DNA of 64,000 bases from an uncultured Acidobacteriota bacterium. Lineage in GTDB: Bacteria > Acidobacteriota > Terriglobia > Acidiferrales > UBA7541. Below, one piece after another: positions 21,015 through 31,886 of this stretch. The notes below the pieces were generated by a model. The model was not told the origin of the DNA and did no database searches. It saw only the letters and a program-made list of their open reading frames with translations. How positions within the stretch are numbered: the first letter of the stretch is position 1; every line of letters starts with the position of its first letter. The position numbers were made by a program, and so were the translations under genes. The stretch is from positions 274,828 through 338,827 of the forward strand of contig CAVULY010000008.1 in NCBI GenBank assembly GCA_963742475.1. The letters are read 5' to 3'.

Positions 21015-21644
21015 ATGTGGTTTGCGGTGAGCACTGCCCTCGCGCTCTCCGCCGGGTCGCCGGCAGGGTCCGCTCAACAAGCCGAAGGGGCTGGCTCGAA
21101 ATCCAATGGCGCGCAAGTCGCTGGACCTGATGCGGCTGCGTCGCCGGTTGCTTCGCAAACGGTTACGCAGCCCAAGCTGTCGGACCTCGCCTGGCTCGAA
21201 GGCCGCTGGCGTGGAGATTGGGGCCCGCGGGTCGCCGAACAGGTCTGGACCGCGCCGCAAGCGGGCATGATGCTGGGCGATTTTCGCCTGATCGAAAACG
21301 ACAAAGTGTTGGTGCTGGAGTTTTTTACGCTGGTGGAAAAGCCCGGCGGCATTAAATTTTATTTCCGGCACTTCACTCCCGAGCTTGTCCCGTGGGAAAA
21401 CTTGGGCGCGACGGAACTACAGCTCGCGAGCGCCGAACCAAAAAAATTTGAATTTGAAAATCCCGTGAACGGCATGCCCAAGCGCGCCATCTTCACCCGC
21501 ATTGATGCTGATACTTTCTCCGCGCGCTCCGAAATTGTTCCGGAAAGCGGCGATCCGCAGGTCATCGAAATTACTTATCATCGCCAGCCGCTCGCCGTCG
21601 TCGCGCCCAATTCCGGCGCCGGCGCGCACCCCAAGAAGAAATAG
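21015..21644 (+). CDS. Secreted DUF6265-like protein
   Basis: LAWLEGRWRG...VWTAPQAGMMLG...FEFENPVNGMPKRAIF pattern. Start at ATG 21015 or GTG 20988 inside ORF 20616-21644. Confidence 0.55.
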   Translation: MWFAVSTALALSAGSPAGSAQQAEGAGSKSNGAQVAGPDAAASPVASQTVTQPKLSDLAWLEGRWRGDWGPRVAEQVWTAPQAGMMLGDFRLIENDKVLVLEFFTLVEKPGGIKFYFRHFTPELVPWENLGATELQLASAEPKKFEFENPVNGMPKRAIFTRIDADTFSARSEIVPESGDPQVIEITYHRQPLAVVAPNSGAGAHPKKK

Positions 21645-21708
21645 CCGACCCGCGCTGCCGTGGAATTTTCAGGCACTCAAACCGGTGGCGTTCAGCTTCT
21701 GGTTTCTC

Positions 21709-23352
21709 CTAGTGCCTGAAGTGGCGCACACCCGAAAATACCATCGCCATGTCCAGTTTGTTCGCCGCCGCAATCACGTCCGCGTCGCGCACCGAACCGC
21801 CCGGCTGTATGACGGCAACCGCTCCCGCCTTGCCCGCTTCCTCCACGCCGTCGGGAAAGGGGAAAAACGCATCGGACGCCACCACGCTGCCCTTCAAGTC
21901 CAGCCCATTCGTCGCCGCCTTGATCACCGCAATCTTCACGGAATCCACGCGGCTCATCTGCCCCGCGCCCACGCCCACCGTCTGCCCTTCGCGCGCGAAA
22001 ACGATCGCATTCGATTTCACGTGCTTGCAAACTTTCCAACCAAATAGCAGCGCGCGCGTTTCCGCGGGCGTCGGCGCGCGCTTCGTCACCACTTTCAGAT
22101 CCGCATCCTTCAATTCGTGCCGGTCCGCTTCCTGCGCCAGCATGCCGCCCGAAATGCGTTTCAGATCGAGTTCCTCCACCGCTTCGCCGCTCTGCATTTC
22201 CAGCAGCCGCAGATTTTTCTTCATTGCCAGTTTTTCCAGCGCCGCCTCGGAGAATCCCGGAGCCACCACGCATTCCACGAATAATTTCGCCACTTCTTCC
22301 GCGGTATCTGCATCGAGTGCGCGATTGAACGCCAGCACCCCGCCGAACGCGGACACCGGATCGCAAGCCAGCGCTTTCAAGTACGCATCTCGCAAATCGT
22401 CCTGCTCCGCCGCACCGCAGGGATTGTTGTGCTTGATGATCGCCACTGCCGGCCGGTGAAATTCTTTCGCCAGCGCCCACGCCGAATCCAGATCCACAAG
22501 ATTGTTGTACGAAAGTTCCTTGCCCTGCAGTTGTTTCGCGCCCGCGAGGCCCGCCGCCGGATATCCCGCGGGAATGTACAACGCCGCGGCCTGGTGCGGA
22601 TTTTCTCCGTAGCGCATGGACTGCCTGCGTTCCAGCGCGAGGTGAATCCGCTGCGGCAGTTTTTCCAGCGCGCCGATGCTGATTTCACCGGCAGCGCCGC
22701 CGCTCACACTCAGCCGCTCCAGCTCCGTCGCGATTTCGCCGTCATAACGAGCGGTCCGCGCATAGGCCTTCCGCGCCAGGTTCAGCCGCGTTGCCAGGCT
22801 CAACTCGCGTTTCTCGCGCAGTTCCGCCGCGATGGCCGCGTAGTCGCCCGGATCGGTCACCACTCCCACGCTCTGAAAGTTTTTCGCGGCCGACCGCACC
22901 ATCGCCGGCCCGCCGATATCAATATTCTCGATCAATTCCTCCGGAGTCACGCCGGGCTTTGCCGCCGTCGCCGAAAACGGATACAGATTCACCACCACCA
23001 GATCAATCGGCACGATTCCGTGCTCGCCCACCTGCTTGCGATCCTCCGCCTTCCCCCGTTGAAATAAAATCCCGCCGTGAACTTTGGGATGCAGCGTCTT
23101 CACGCGCCCGCCCAGCATTTCCGGCCAGCCCGTCAACTCGGCCACGTCGCGCACCTCGACGCCACCTTCGCGCAACAATCGCGCCGTGCCTCCGGTGGAA
23201 ACGATCTCGACGCCCAGCGACGCCAGCTCCCGCGCAAATTCCACCACGCCCGTCTTGTCGAACACACTGATCAGCGCCCGTGCTATTCCACGTTTTGGTC
23301 CACGTTCTGGCCCACGTTCCGCCCCACGTTCCGCCCCACGTTCTCCAGCCAC
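21709..23352 (-). CDS. purH: Bifunctional IMP cyclohydrolase / AICAR formyltransferase
   Basis: RALISVFDKTGVVEFA..., MGS-like and AICARFT domains, full length. GTG start preceded by GGAGG. Confidence 0.95.
   Translation of the reverse strand: MAGERGAERGAERGPERGPKRGIARALISVFDKTGVVEFARELASLGVEIVSTGGTARLLREGGVEVRDVAELTGWPEMLGGRVKTLHPKVHGGILFQRGKAEDRKQVGEHGIVPIDLVVVNLYPFSATAAKPGVTPEELIENIDIGGPAMVRSAAKNFQSVGVVTDPGDYAAIAAELREKRELSLATRLNLARKAYARTARYDGEIATELERLSVSGGAAGEISIGALEKLPQRIHLALERRQSMRYGENPHQAAALYIPAGYPAAGLAGAKQLQGKELSYNNLVDLDSAWALAKEFHRPAVAIIKHNNPCGAAEQDDLRDAYLKALACDPVSAFGGVLAFNRALDADTAEEVAKLFVECVVAPGFSEAALEKLAMKKNLRLLEMQSGEAVEELDLKRISGGMLAQEADRHELKDADLKVVTKRAPTPAETRALLFGWKVCKHVKSNAIVFAREGQTVGVGAGQMSRVDSVKIAVIKAATNGLDLKGSVVASDAFFPFPDGVEEAGKAGAVAVIQPGGSVRDADVIAAANKLDMAMVFSGVRHFRH
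23288..23347. repeat. 5 x 12-nt tandem repeat in the first codons of purH
   Basis: ccacgttttggt ccacgttctggc ccacgttccgcc ccacgttccgcc ccacgttctcca. It encodes (ERGA/ERGP)n at the PurH N-terminus. Confidence 0.8.
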
Positions 23353-23519
23353 GATAATTCCTCCAGTCCAGAAAGCCCCGCCAGTGTATGCGTTTGCGGA
23401 AAAATTCGGAAGGGCGTGGATGCGGTGAGAAGGATTTTCCCGAAATGAGGTTTAGAACCGGCGGAGTGAAGGGCTAAACTTTTCTTGCGGGATCGGCTTC
23501 TCCACAGGAATCACAACGC

Positions 23520-23900
23520 TCAACGCCGCATGCCTGGCTCGGACCTCAGAATTATCCTTCGTTTGTTATCCCACCTAACCAGGGCGACCAATGAACCCCA
23601 AAGCAAAATTGAGGCCAACATCGACTTACCGCTGCGGTCAAACGGGGCGCTCAAAGAAAAGCTCACAGCGAGGAAATTTAGCCCGATATAGAGAATCGCA
23701 ATCTTCTCTCTGAAGAACGCGCTCAAGAGCAGACACACGATAAACAAGACTGAGGCCAAAGCGAATTTCCCTTCGCGAAACGACATCACGCCCCTAATGA
23801 AACAACCGGTGATGAGAACACCTGCAAGCATCAGGAGAATTTGTCGAGCACGCAGATTCTTGAGAGCCATCGGATTCACCGCGAGGAGAGTCAATCTCAA
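23520..23900 (-). CDS. Small hydrophobic membrane protein, unknown function
   Basis: Three predicted TM stretches. Lies in a local low-GC patch (about 23460-24000). No family recognised. Confidence 0.4.
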   Translation of the reverse strand: MRLTLLAVNPMALKNLRARQILLMLAGVLITGCFIRGVMSFREGKFALASVLFIVCLLLSAFFREKIAILYIGLNFLAVSFSLSAPFDRSGKSMLASILLWGSLVALVRWDNKRRIILRSEPGMRR

Positions 23901-24026
23901 TTGTTACGAATTGCCGCTCGCCGTTCACAAATGACGAGTTCTGCCGAAACGCCTACTGCGTTGCCGATCGTCGAAAGCAGCGTCAGTTCTGCGTGAATCA
24001 CCAAATCGGAAACTGACCCGCTGCCC

Positions 24027-24737
24027 TTAACTCGAAACGCTCGCCTTCAATTTCACGTGCCCGCCTTCAATACTGACGGTGTACTCGATCTCGCGGCCGC
24101 CTTTTTCCTTCAGGTCCTTCGTCTTCTGCCGCACGAATCGTTCGAAATCCTTCAGGCTGGGCACTCCAGCCTTCTCGCCGGTTTCGGTGCGCGCTTCCAC
24201 CAGGCGTTGGTACAACTTCTCCACTTTTTCAGTCTCGTGTTCCGGGTCGGAAAGCGCCAACGCAAATTCGGCGGTGTGCCGTACCTCTGCCGCTCGTGCA
24301 GCGGCGTCCGCGGCCGCGTGGGCGATTGCAGTCGCCGAAGACACCGCAATTTCTGCTTCCGCCGTTTTGGCTGCGCCTTCCGCGGCGATACGTGCGCGCA
24401 TCGCATCTTCCGCGGCCTTGCGCTGTCGTTCGCCTTCGATGGCTTTCGCCGCCGCGCCGTAGTGATGTTGCGTCGTGCCGGATTCCTTCTGGATCAGCTT
24501 CTTGCGCCACATGTCCTGATACTTCGCGTACGTGGACGCCAGATTGCTATAGCGAAATCGTTGCCCCGACGAAAGCTCGCCCGCACGGTCCGAGTAGCGC
24601 TTCAAATTCGTCTCCAGCCGCCACTGCGTGTCCGTCGGAGGCCGCGAACGCCCGCCGCCGAAATATTGCTCGAACTCAATTTTCAGCGTGCGGATGTCCC
24701 GCTCGATTTGTCCGAGTTCTTCGTCAATAGTTGCCAT
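24027..24737 (-). CDS. Conserved Ala-rich coiled-coil protein (MXAN_5187-like, tentative)
   Basis: N-terminal IERDIRTLKIEFEQYFGGGRSRPP block, central Ala/Glu-rich segment, C-terminal ...EIEYTVSIEGGHVKLKA. Confidence 0.45.
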   Translation of the reverse strand: MATIDEELGQIERDIRTLKIEFEQYFGGGRSRPPTDTQWRLETNLKRYSDRAGELSSGQRFRYSNLASTYAKYQDMWRKKLIQKESGTTQHHYGAAAKAIEGERQRKAAEDAMRARIAAEGAAKTAEAEIAVSSATAIAHAAADAAARAAEVRHTAEFALALSDPEHETEKVEKLYQRLVEARTETGEKAGVPSLKDFERFVRQKTKDLKEKGGREIEYTVSIEGGHVKLKASVSS

Positions 24738-24946
24738 AATTTTTGAGCTGCGTCACGACCTCGCCGGAAAAGAAGCGTTCCTGCAGTTCGCGCTCGCGGC
24801 CAGCTCCCAGCCGCCTGTATCTCCAGCGTAGAGTGCGCAATCGGCGGCGTCAATGTGACCCTCTGCGGATATGTCGCAAAGGGAAATAACTCCCCGTAAG
24901 CCTTTGATTGCCAGCCCCTATCACATTGTGTTCAAATGGCTTAGCG

Positions 24947-26436
<1,490 letters not shown>

Positions 26437-26447
26437 AGAACTCCCGG

Positions 26448-26497
26448 TTTTCTCTGCGACCTCTGCGCTCCGACCTCTGCGTCCTCTGCGCTAAATC
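26448..26497. repeat. Intergenic CTCTGCG tandem motif (4 copies) ending CTAAATC
   Basis: ttttctctgcg a cctctgcg ctccga cctctgcg t cctctgcg ctaaatc, between the selA and larB 3' ends. Confidence 0.75.
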
Positions 26498-26523
26498 TTT
26501 CGCGTTCCTTCCTCCGACGCAAA

Positions 26524-27276
26524 TCAAAGCCGATTGATCACGCTGGCTACGCAACCCGCCCCGAATCCGTTATCAATATTCACCACGCTCACATTCGAAG
26601 CGCAGCTATTCAGCATCGCCAGCAGCGCCGTCAACCCGCCAAAGCTCGATCCGTATCCAGTACTGGTCGGCACGGCAATCACCGGAGCCGCCACCAGCCC
26701 CGCCACCACGCTCGGCAATGCGCCTTCCATTCCCGCCACGCAGACGATCACTCGCGCCGCCGCTAATTTTTTCCGGTGCTCCAGCAGCCGGTGCAGCCCA
26801 GCGACGCCCACGTCGTAAATCGCCTCGGCGCGATTGCCCATGATTTGCGCCGTCACCAGCGCTTCTTCCGCCACCGGAATATCGCTGGTTCCTGCAGTCA
26901 CCACCAGTATCGAGCCCTTTCCGTGATTTGCGGTGCTGCGCGAAATGGTGATCGCGCCCGAAAGCTCGTGAAATTGCGCCGCGCGCGCCAGCTTTTTCAC
27001 CGCCGCAAAAATCTTCTTGTCCGCGCGCGTAATCAGAATATTGTGCGAGGCCTTCGCGCGCAGCATCCCTCGCGCGATTTCCGCCACCTGCTTCGCCGTT
27101 TTCTTGCGCGCGAAAATTACTTCTGGAAATCCCTGCCGCAACGCGCGATGGTGGTCAATCTTCGCGAACCCCAGATCCTCGTAAGGCCATTGGCGCAGCT
27201 GTTCCACGGCGCTTTCCACCGGCAAACTCCCGCGCCGCACCGCCTCCAGAAATTTTCGGACGTCCCCTTCATCCAT
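26524..27276 (-). CDS. larB: Nickel-pincer cofactor biosynthesis protein LarB (PurE-like)
   Basis: [21 protein letters not shown]..., [15 protein letters not shown]..., [14 protein letters not shown]. Confidence 0.8.
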   Translation of the reverse strand: MDEGDVRKFLEAVRRGSLPVESAVEQLRQWPYEDLGFAKIDHHRALRQGFPEVIFARKKTAKQVAEIARGMLRAKASHNILITRADKKIFAAVKKLARAAQFHELSGAITISRSTANHGKGSILVVTAGTSDIPVAEEALVTAQIMGNRAEAIYDVGVAGLHRLLEHRKKLAAARVIVCVAGMEGALPSVVAGLVAAPVIAVPTSTGYGSSFGGLTALLAMLNSCASNVSVVNIDNGFGAGCVASVINRL

Positions 27277-27300
27277 GTTGTGTTCTCGGCAAGCGCCGGT

Positions 27301-28809
27301 CTAGTTCTCGGCTTTTCCGGTGACGTCCACCACGCTCACCGCGCCGTATTTCTTCAGCACGGCTTCAATTTCCTTGCGGTCTCCCACGCAAATCCACTGC
27401 AGGTGATCCAGGTCCACGAATTTTTTCGCCGAAGCCTGCACTGCGGTAGCGTCAATCGCGGCGATATGATCCGGATACTTGTCCCAATAATCGGTGGGCA
27501 ACCCGTAATACTGCACGGTGAGCCAGTCGTTCAAAATCTGGCTGGGCTGCTCCAGCGAAAGCGCGAAGCTCGCGATGATCGCCCGGTGCGCGTCGTCCAT
27601 TTCGCTTTGCGGCACCGGCTCATTGTTGATCTTTTTGAATTCATAGAGGAACCGGTCCATCGCGTCGCCGGTCACCTTCGTGCGCACCGGCGCCAGCGCC
27701 AGCCAGTCGCCCGGATAAATTTCCGTGCTGAACCGGCTGTAGGAGCCGTACGTCAGGCTGTGCTCCTCGCGCAGATCCAGGAACAGCCGCGCCTGCGGCC
27801 CGCCTCCTATCACCTGATTCATCACCACCAGCCCGTAATATTCCGGATCGGTCCGGCGAATGGTCCGGTCGCCGCCGATCATGTACGTCTGCACCGACCC
27901 CGGACGATCCACCAAAGTAATTTTCGTCGGCTGTGGAGTCACCGCCGCCGTGAACGTTGCCGGTGCTTCGGCCGCGCCGGTCCACCCTGCGAAGTATTTT
28001 TCGATCGTCGCGCGCATTTCAGCGGCCGCGAAGTCGCCGGTCACGCCCAGAATCGTGTTGCCCGGCACGTAATGTTTTTCGTGGAAGCGCTTCAAGTCGT
28101 CCACGCTGATTTTTTCGATCGATTCTTTCGTCGCGGACGCCACCGCCATCGGCGTATCGCCGTAAATCACTCTGCGAAACCCCTGTTGCCCCAGAAACGC
28201 GGGATTGGAGAGCCGCTGCTCCAGGCTTGCTCCCTCGCTCTGTTTAAATTTGGCAAGCTCGCTCGCCGGAAAGCTCGGATGCAGCACCACGTCGCTCATT
28301 AAATCCAGAATTTTCGAGGTGTCCGTGATCAGACCGGACGCATTCACCGACGTATAGCTCACACCGAACCGCGAATTCGCGTCCAACGACGCTCCCAGCG
28401 AATCCACTTCGCTCGCGATCTGCTCGCTGGTGCGTTTTTCGGTTCCTTCGCGCAACATTCCCGCTGTAAACGACGCCAGCCCCGGCAGGTCGCTCGGGTC
28501 CGCCAGTTGTCCCGGACGAATCCACATCGTGAACGCGATCGTCGGCAGCTTGTGATCTTCTTCCAGCACAATCGTCAGTCCGTTCTTCAGCGTCACCACG
28601 GTCGGCCGCGGCAGCTGCACGCGCAAAATTTCCTTGTTCACCGGAGCACGGCCCAGCCGCTGCACCTGGCTGGATGGCGCGCTCTTATCCTGCCCTTGCG
28701 CCAAAGCGCTGCACGGCAGCAGCAGTGCGCCGCAGGCTGCCAATGCCACGGCCGCTGCTCCAGAAACCCGCAAAAGTCCGGCGAAATTTTTCATCGCGCT
28801 CCCTCTCAT
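27301..28809 (-). CDS. M16 family peptidase-like protein lacking HxxEH (probable non-catalytic partner)
   Basis: Signal peptide and M16 fold-length similarity; no HxxEH seen. ATGA start/stop overlap with the upstream M16 gene. Confidence 0.7.
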   Translation of the reverse strand: MRGSAMKNFAGLLRVSGAAAVALAACGALLLPCSALAQGQDKSAPSSQVQRLGRAPVNKEILRVQLPRPTVVTLKNGLTIVLEEDHKLPTIAFTMWIRPGQLADPSDLPGLASFTAGMLREGTEKRTSEQIASEVDSLGASLDANSRFGVSYTSVNASGLITDTSKILDLMSDVVLHPSFPASELAKFKQSEGASLEQRLSNPAFLGQQGFRRVIYGDTPMAVASATKESIEKISVDDLKRFHEKHYVPGNTILGVTGDFAAAEMRATIEKYFAGWTGAAEAPATFTAAVTPQPTKITLVDRPGSVQTYMIGGDRTIRRTDPEYYGLVVMNQVIGGGPQARLFLDLREEHSLTYGSYSRFSTEIYPGDWLALAPVRTKVTGDAMDRFLYEFKKINNEPVPQSEMDDAHRAIIASFALSLEQPSQILNDWLTVQYYGLPTDYWDKYPDHIAAIDATAVQASAKKFVDLDHLQWICVGDRKEIEAVLKKYGAVSVVDVTGKAEN

Positions 28810-30209
28810 TGCGCCCCCTTCGGCGACGCCTTCTCATCCGCCGCCGGATACGTAATCACCACCGTGCGCTGATCCTTTACCAGATATTTTTTCGCCACGG
28901 CATTCACTTCGTCCAGCGTTACCGCCTGTTCCTTGTCCACAATCGTATTGATCAGATTCGGATCGTTGAAATACACCGTGTAATTGCCGATCAAAATCGC
29001 CGTGAACAACGCCGAGCGCCGCCGCTCGATGAATTGCCGCAGCAATTGCGATTTGGCCTTTGCCAGTTCCGCCGGCGTAACGCCGCTCTTCACCGCCGCG
29101 GCGATTTCCTCGTCAATCGCTTTCTCCAGGTCTTCCACCTTCACGCCCGGCCGGGGATTCGCCGAAATGTAAAGCTGGCTGGTGCCGATCCGTGTGTCCG
29201 ACTGCAGGGAAACCTGCGAAGCGAGTTGCTTGTCCTTTACCAGGTGCTGGTAGAAACGCGAGCTCTCACCTTGTCCCAGGACGTACGTCAATTGCTGCGC
29301 TGCGTAATTTTCCGGCGTGTTGCCCGGAGGAATGTGATACGCCATGTCAATTTCCGGCAAACGCGCCAGCGGATCGTAAATCACTTCGCGGCGCTCGCCG
29401 TAATGCGGCTCCTCGGCCAAATCCACTTTCGGCGGCGCGGGTTGCGCGGGAATCGATCCGAAATACTTCTTCACCTTGGCCAGCGTTTCGTCCGGATCGA
29501 AATCGCCCACCAGAGTCAGCACCGCGTTGTTCGGCGCGTAATAAATCCGGAAAAAATCTTTCACGTCGTCAAGGCTCGCCGCGTTCAAATCCGCCATCGA
29601 GCCGATCGTGGAATGTTTGTACGCAAAATTGTCATACGAGACATTGTCCACATCCAGCTGCGCCCGCCCGTACGGCTGATTGTCGATTCCTTGCCGCCGC
29701 TCTTCCTGCACCGCGTTCCGCTGGTTGTCCAGTTTCTCTTGCGTCACAGTCAACGCGCGCATGCGATCCGCTTCCAGGAACAATCCCAAATCCAGCTGGT
29801 TTTTCGGCAGCTCTTCGAAATAGGTGGTGCGGTCTTCATTGGTCGTCCCGTTCATGTTGCCGCCGTTGTTGAACACCAGAACGTAATGCTCGCCCTTGGC
29901 CACGTTTTCCGAGCCTTCGAACATCATGTGCTCGAACAAGTGCGCGAATCCGGTGCGCCCCGGGCGTTCGTTGCGGCTGCCCACGTTGTAGCAGACGTCA
30001 ATCCCGTAGACCGGCGCGGAATGGTCCGGCACCAGGATCACGCGCAAGCCGTTGTCCAGCTTCACGTCGCGAAATTCCAGCTTCGGCACCTTCACGCCCG
30101 CGCTCGTCGCCTGATTTTCGTCAGGCGCCGCGCTCAACACTCCGCCCAGCCCCAGCGCGAATGCCAGTCCCGCGACCACAGCCGCGCGCATTTTCCACTG
30201 AACAATCAT
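28806..30209 (-). CDS. M16 family zinc peptidase (insulinase/pitrilysin-like)
   Basis: HxxEH motif (GFAHLFEHMMFEGS) and a signal peptide. ATG at 30209 is preceded by GGAGG; the longer ORF to 30344 is rejected. Confidence 0.8.
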   Translation of the reverse strand: MIVQWKMRAAVVAGLAFALGLGGVLSAAPDENQATSAGVKVPKLEFRDVKLDNGLRVILVPDHSAPVYGIDVCYNVGSRNERPGRTGFAHLFEHMMFEGSENVAKGEHYVLVFNNGGNMNGTTNEDRTTYFEELPKNQLDLGLFLEADRMRALTVTQEKLDNQRNAVQEERRQGIDNQPYGRAQLDVDNVSYDNFAYKHSTIGSMADLNAASLDDVKDFFRIYYAPNNAVLTLVGDFDPDETLAKVKKYFGSIPAQPAPPKVDLAEEPHYGERREVIYDPLARLPEIDMAYHIPPGNTPENYAAQQLTYVLGQGESSRFYQHLVKDKQLASQVSLQSDTRIGTSQLYISANPRPGVKVEDLEKAIDEEIAAAVKSGVTPAELAKAKSQLLRQFIERRRSALFTAILIGNYTVYFNDPNLINTIVDKEQAVTLDEVNAVAKKYLVKDQRTVVITYPAADEKASPKGAQ

Positions 30210-30346
30210 TTCCGATCCTCCCAACGACGGCAGGTATTCTCCATCTTTACTGCGTATGACGCAAACACACCCGATTAGATAGCGATCGCCCTCGCCTTGA
30301 CTTTGCCGAAAGCCGCCACCTAAACTCGATGATTCAGCGACCACCC

Positions 30347-30988
30347 ATGGCGAAATCCAGCGGCAAAGTCATCACAGTCGGAATCACAGGTGCGAGCGGC
30401 GCCGCCTACGCCCAGTCCGTGCTGCGGCTCCTCGACGCAGATCCCCGCGTCCAGCGCGTCTTTCTCGTAGCCAGCGAAGCGGGCATGCGCCTCGTAGCAA
30501 CCGAACTCGGCGTCGTCCCCACGGACACGAAAAAACTGCCATCGCTCCTCACGGGCACCGCCGCAAAAAAAATCGAATATCTGCCCAACAAAGACATCGG
30601 CGCCAGCATCGCTTCCGGCAGCGCCATCGTGGACGGCATGGTCATCGTCCCGTGTTCCGCCGGCGCGCTCGGATCCATCGCCGCCGGAACCGCCGCTGAT
30701 TTGCTCACCCGCGCCGCCGACGTCTGCTTGAAAGAGCGCCGCCCGCTCGTTCTCTGCCTCCGCGAAACTCCACTCAATCGCATCCATCTGGAAAATATGC
30801 TGCGTGTGCACGACGCCGGCGCCACCGTAATGCCCGCGATGCCCGCCTTTTATTACGCGCCGAAAAAGATTGACGATTTGATCGAGCAATTCGCATTCCG
30901 CGTCCTGGCGCAGCTAGGCTTGCCGCAGGAAAAGCAGTATCGTTGGAAGGGCGGCGCTCCAGACGCGGCACATACTCGAAAGAGATGA
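30347..30988 (+). CDS. ubiX: UbiX-family flavin prenyltransferase
   Basis: VITVGITGASGAAYA..., MVIVPCSAGALG..., ETPLNRIHLENM. Confidence 0.85.
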   Translation: MAKSSGKVITVGITGASGAAYAQSVLRLLDADPRVQRVFLVASEAGMRLVATELGVVPTDTKKLPSLLTGTAAKKIEYLPNKDIGASIASGSAIVDGMVIVPCSAGALGSIAAGTAADLLTRAADVCLKERRPLVLCLRETPLNRIHLENMLRVHDAGATVMPAMPAFYYAPKKIDDLIEQFAFRVLAQLGLPQEKQYRWKGGAPDAAHTRKR

Positions 30989-31857
30989 CCAGAAACCGCA
31001 TCCGCATCGTGCTCGAAATGATCAAGTTCGAGCACTCCGTTTTCGCGCTGCCGTTCGCGCTGGTCGGCGCGCTGCTCGCGGCTCGCGCCGGCGGCGCATT
31101 TCCCTCCTGGCGCCAACTCCTCTGGATCATCGTTGCCATGGTCGGTGCGCGCTCTGCCGCGATGACCATGAACCGCATCGCCGACCTGGAATTCGATCGT
31201 CGCAATCCCCGCACCGCCAATCGCGCGCTCCCCAAGGGCGAACTCTCCGTAGGTTTTGCCGCCGCGTTCACCGTGATCGCTTCCGCCGTGCTGGTCTTTG
31301 CCGCCTGGCAATTGAATCCGCTGGCGCTAAAACTTTCTCCCGTCGCGCTCGCCATCCTGTTTTTCTATTCCTTCACAAAACGTTTCACCGCCTGGTCCCA
31401 CTTCGTTCTTGGCTTCGCTCTCGGCATCTCGCCCGCCGCCGCGTGGATCGCCATCCGTGGCTCGCTCGATCCGCGCATGCTGATCCTCTGCGCTGCCGTC
31501 ACCCTGTGGGTCGGCGGATTCGACGTTCTTTATGCGTGCCAGGACGTCGAGTTCGACAAAGCCGCCGGGCTCCATTCCATCCCCAAAAAATTTGGCATCG
31601 CCCGCGCCCTGCTGATCGCGCGCGCGATGCACCTGGCAATGGTCGCGTTACTTATTTGGCTGGCGGTGAGCTTCCACCTTGCGTGGCCTGCCTGGGTGGG
31701 AATCGCCGTGGTGGCGTTGCTGCTGGGTTACGAACATTCGCTGGTCCATCCCCACGACCTGAGCAAAATGAATGCTGCGTTTTTCACCGTGAATGGCTAT
31801 ATTAGTTTGTTGTTCCTGCTCTTCTGGGGCGCGGCCACATTTGTAAATCGCCCCTGA
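30985..31857 (+). CDS. UbiA-family aromatic prenyltransferase (MqnP-like by context)
   Basis: MIKFEHSVFALPFAL..., NRIADLEFD and YACQDVEFD Asp-rich motifs, about 8 TM. ATGA overlap with ubiX. Confidence 0.8.
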   Translation: MTRNRIRIVLEMIKFEHSVFALPFALVGALLAARAGGAFPSWRQLLWIIVAMVGARSAAMTMNRIADLEFDRRNPRTANRALPKGELSVGFAAAFTVIASAVLVFAAWQLNPLALKLSPVALAILFFYSFTKRFTAWSHFVLGFALGISPAAAWIAIRGSLDPRMLILCAAVTLWVGGFDVLYACQDVEFDKAAGLHSIPKKFGIARALLIARAMHLAMVALLIWLAVSFHLAWPAWVGIAVVALLLGYEHSLVHPHDLSKMNAAFFTVNGYISLLFLLFWGAATFVNRP

Positions 31858-31886
31858 AAACGCGGCGAAGGAATCATTTAAAGCAC

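Noticed and set aside
23353-23520. Possible ZTP (pfl) riboswitch in the purH leader. purH is a classic ZTP-regulated gene, and the leader contains ...ACACTGGCGGGGC....
   Set aside because: The conserved 3' sub-domain (CCGCCTGGGC-like pseudoknot partner) is absent. Only about 30 nt separate the partial match from the start codon.
28806-30344. The long 512-aa form of the M16 peptidase starting at 30344.
   Set aside because: The first 45 residues are non-signal-like. ATG 30209 has a GGAGG at proper spacing and yields a normal signal peptide.
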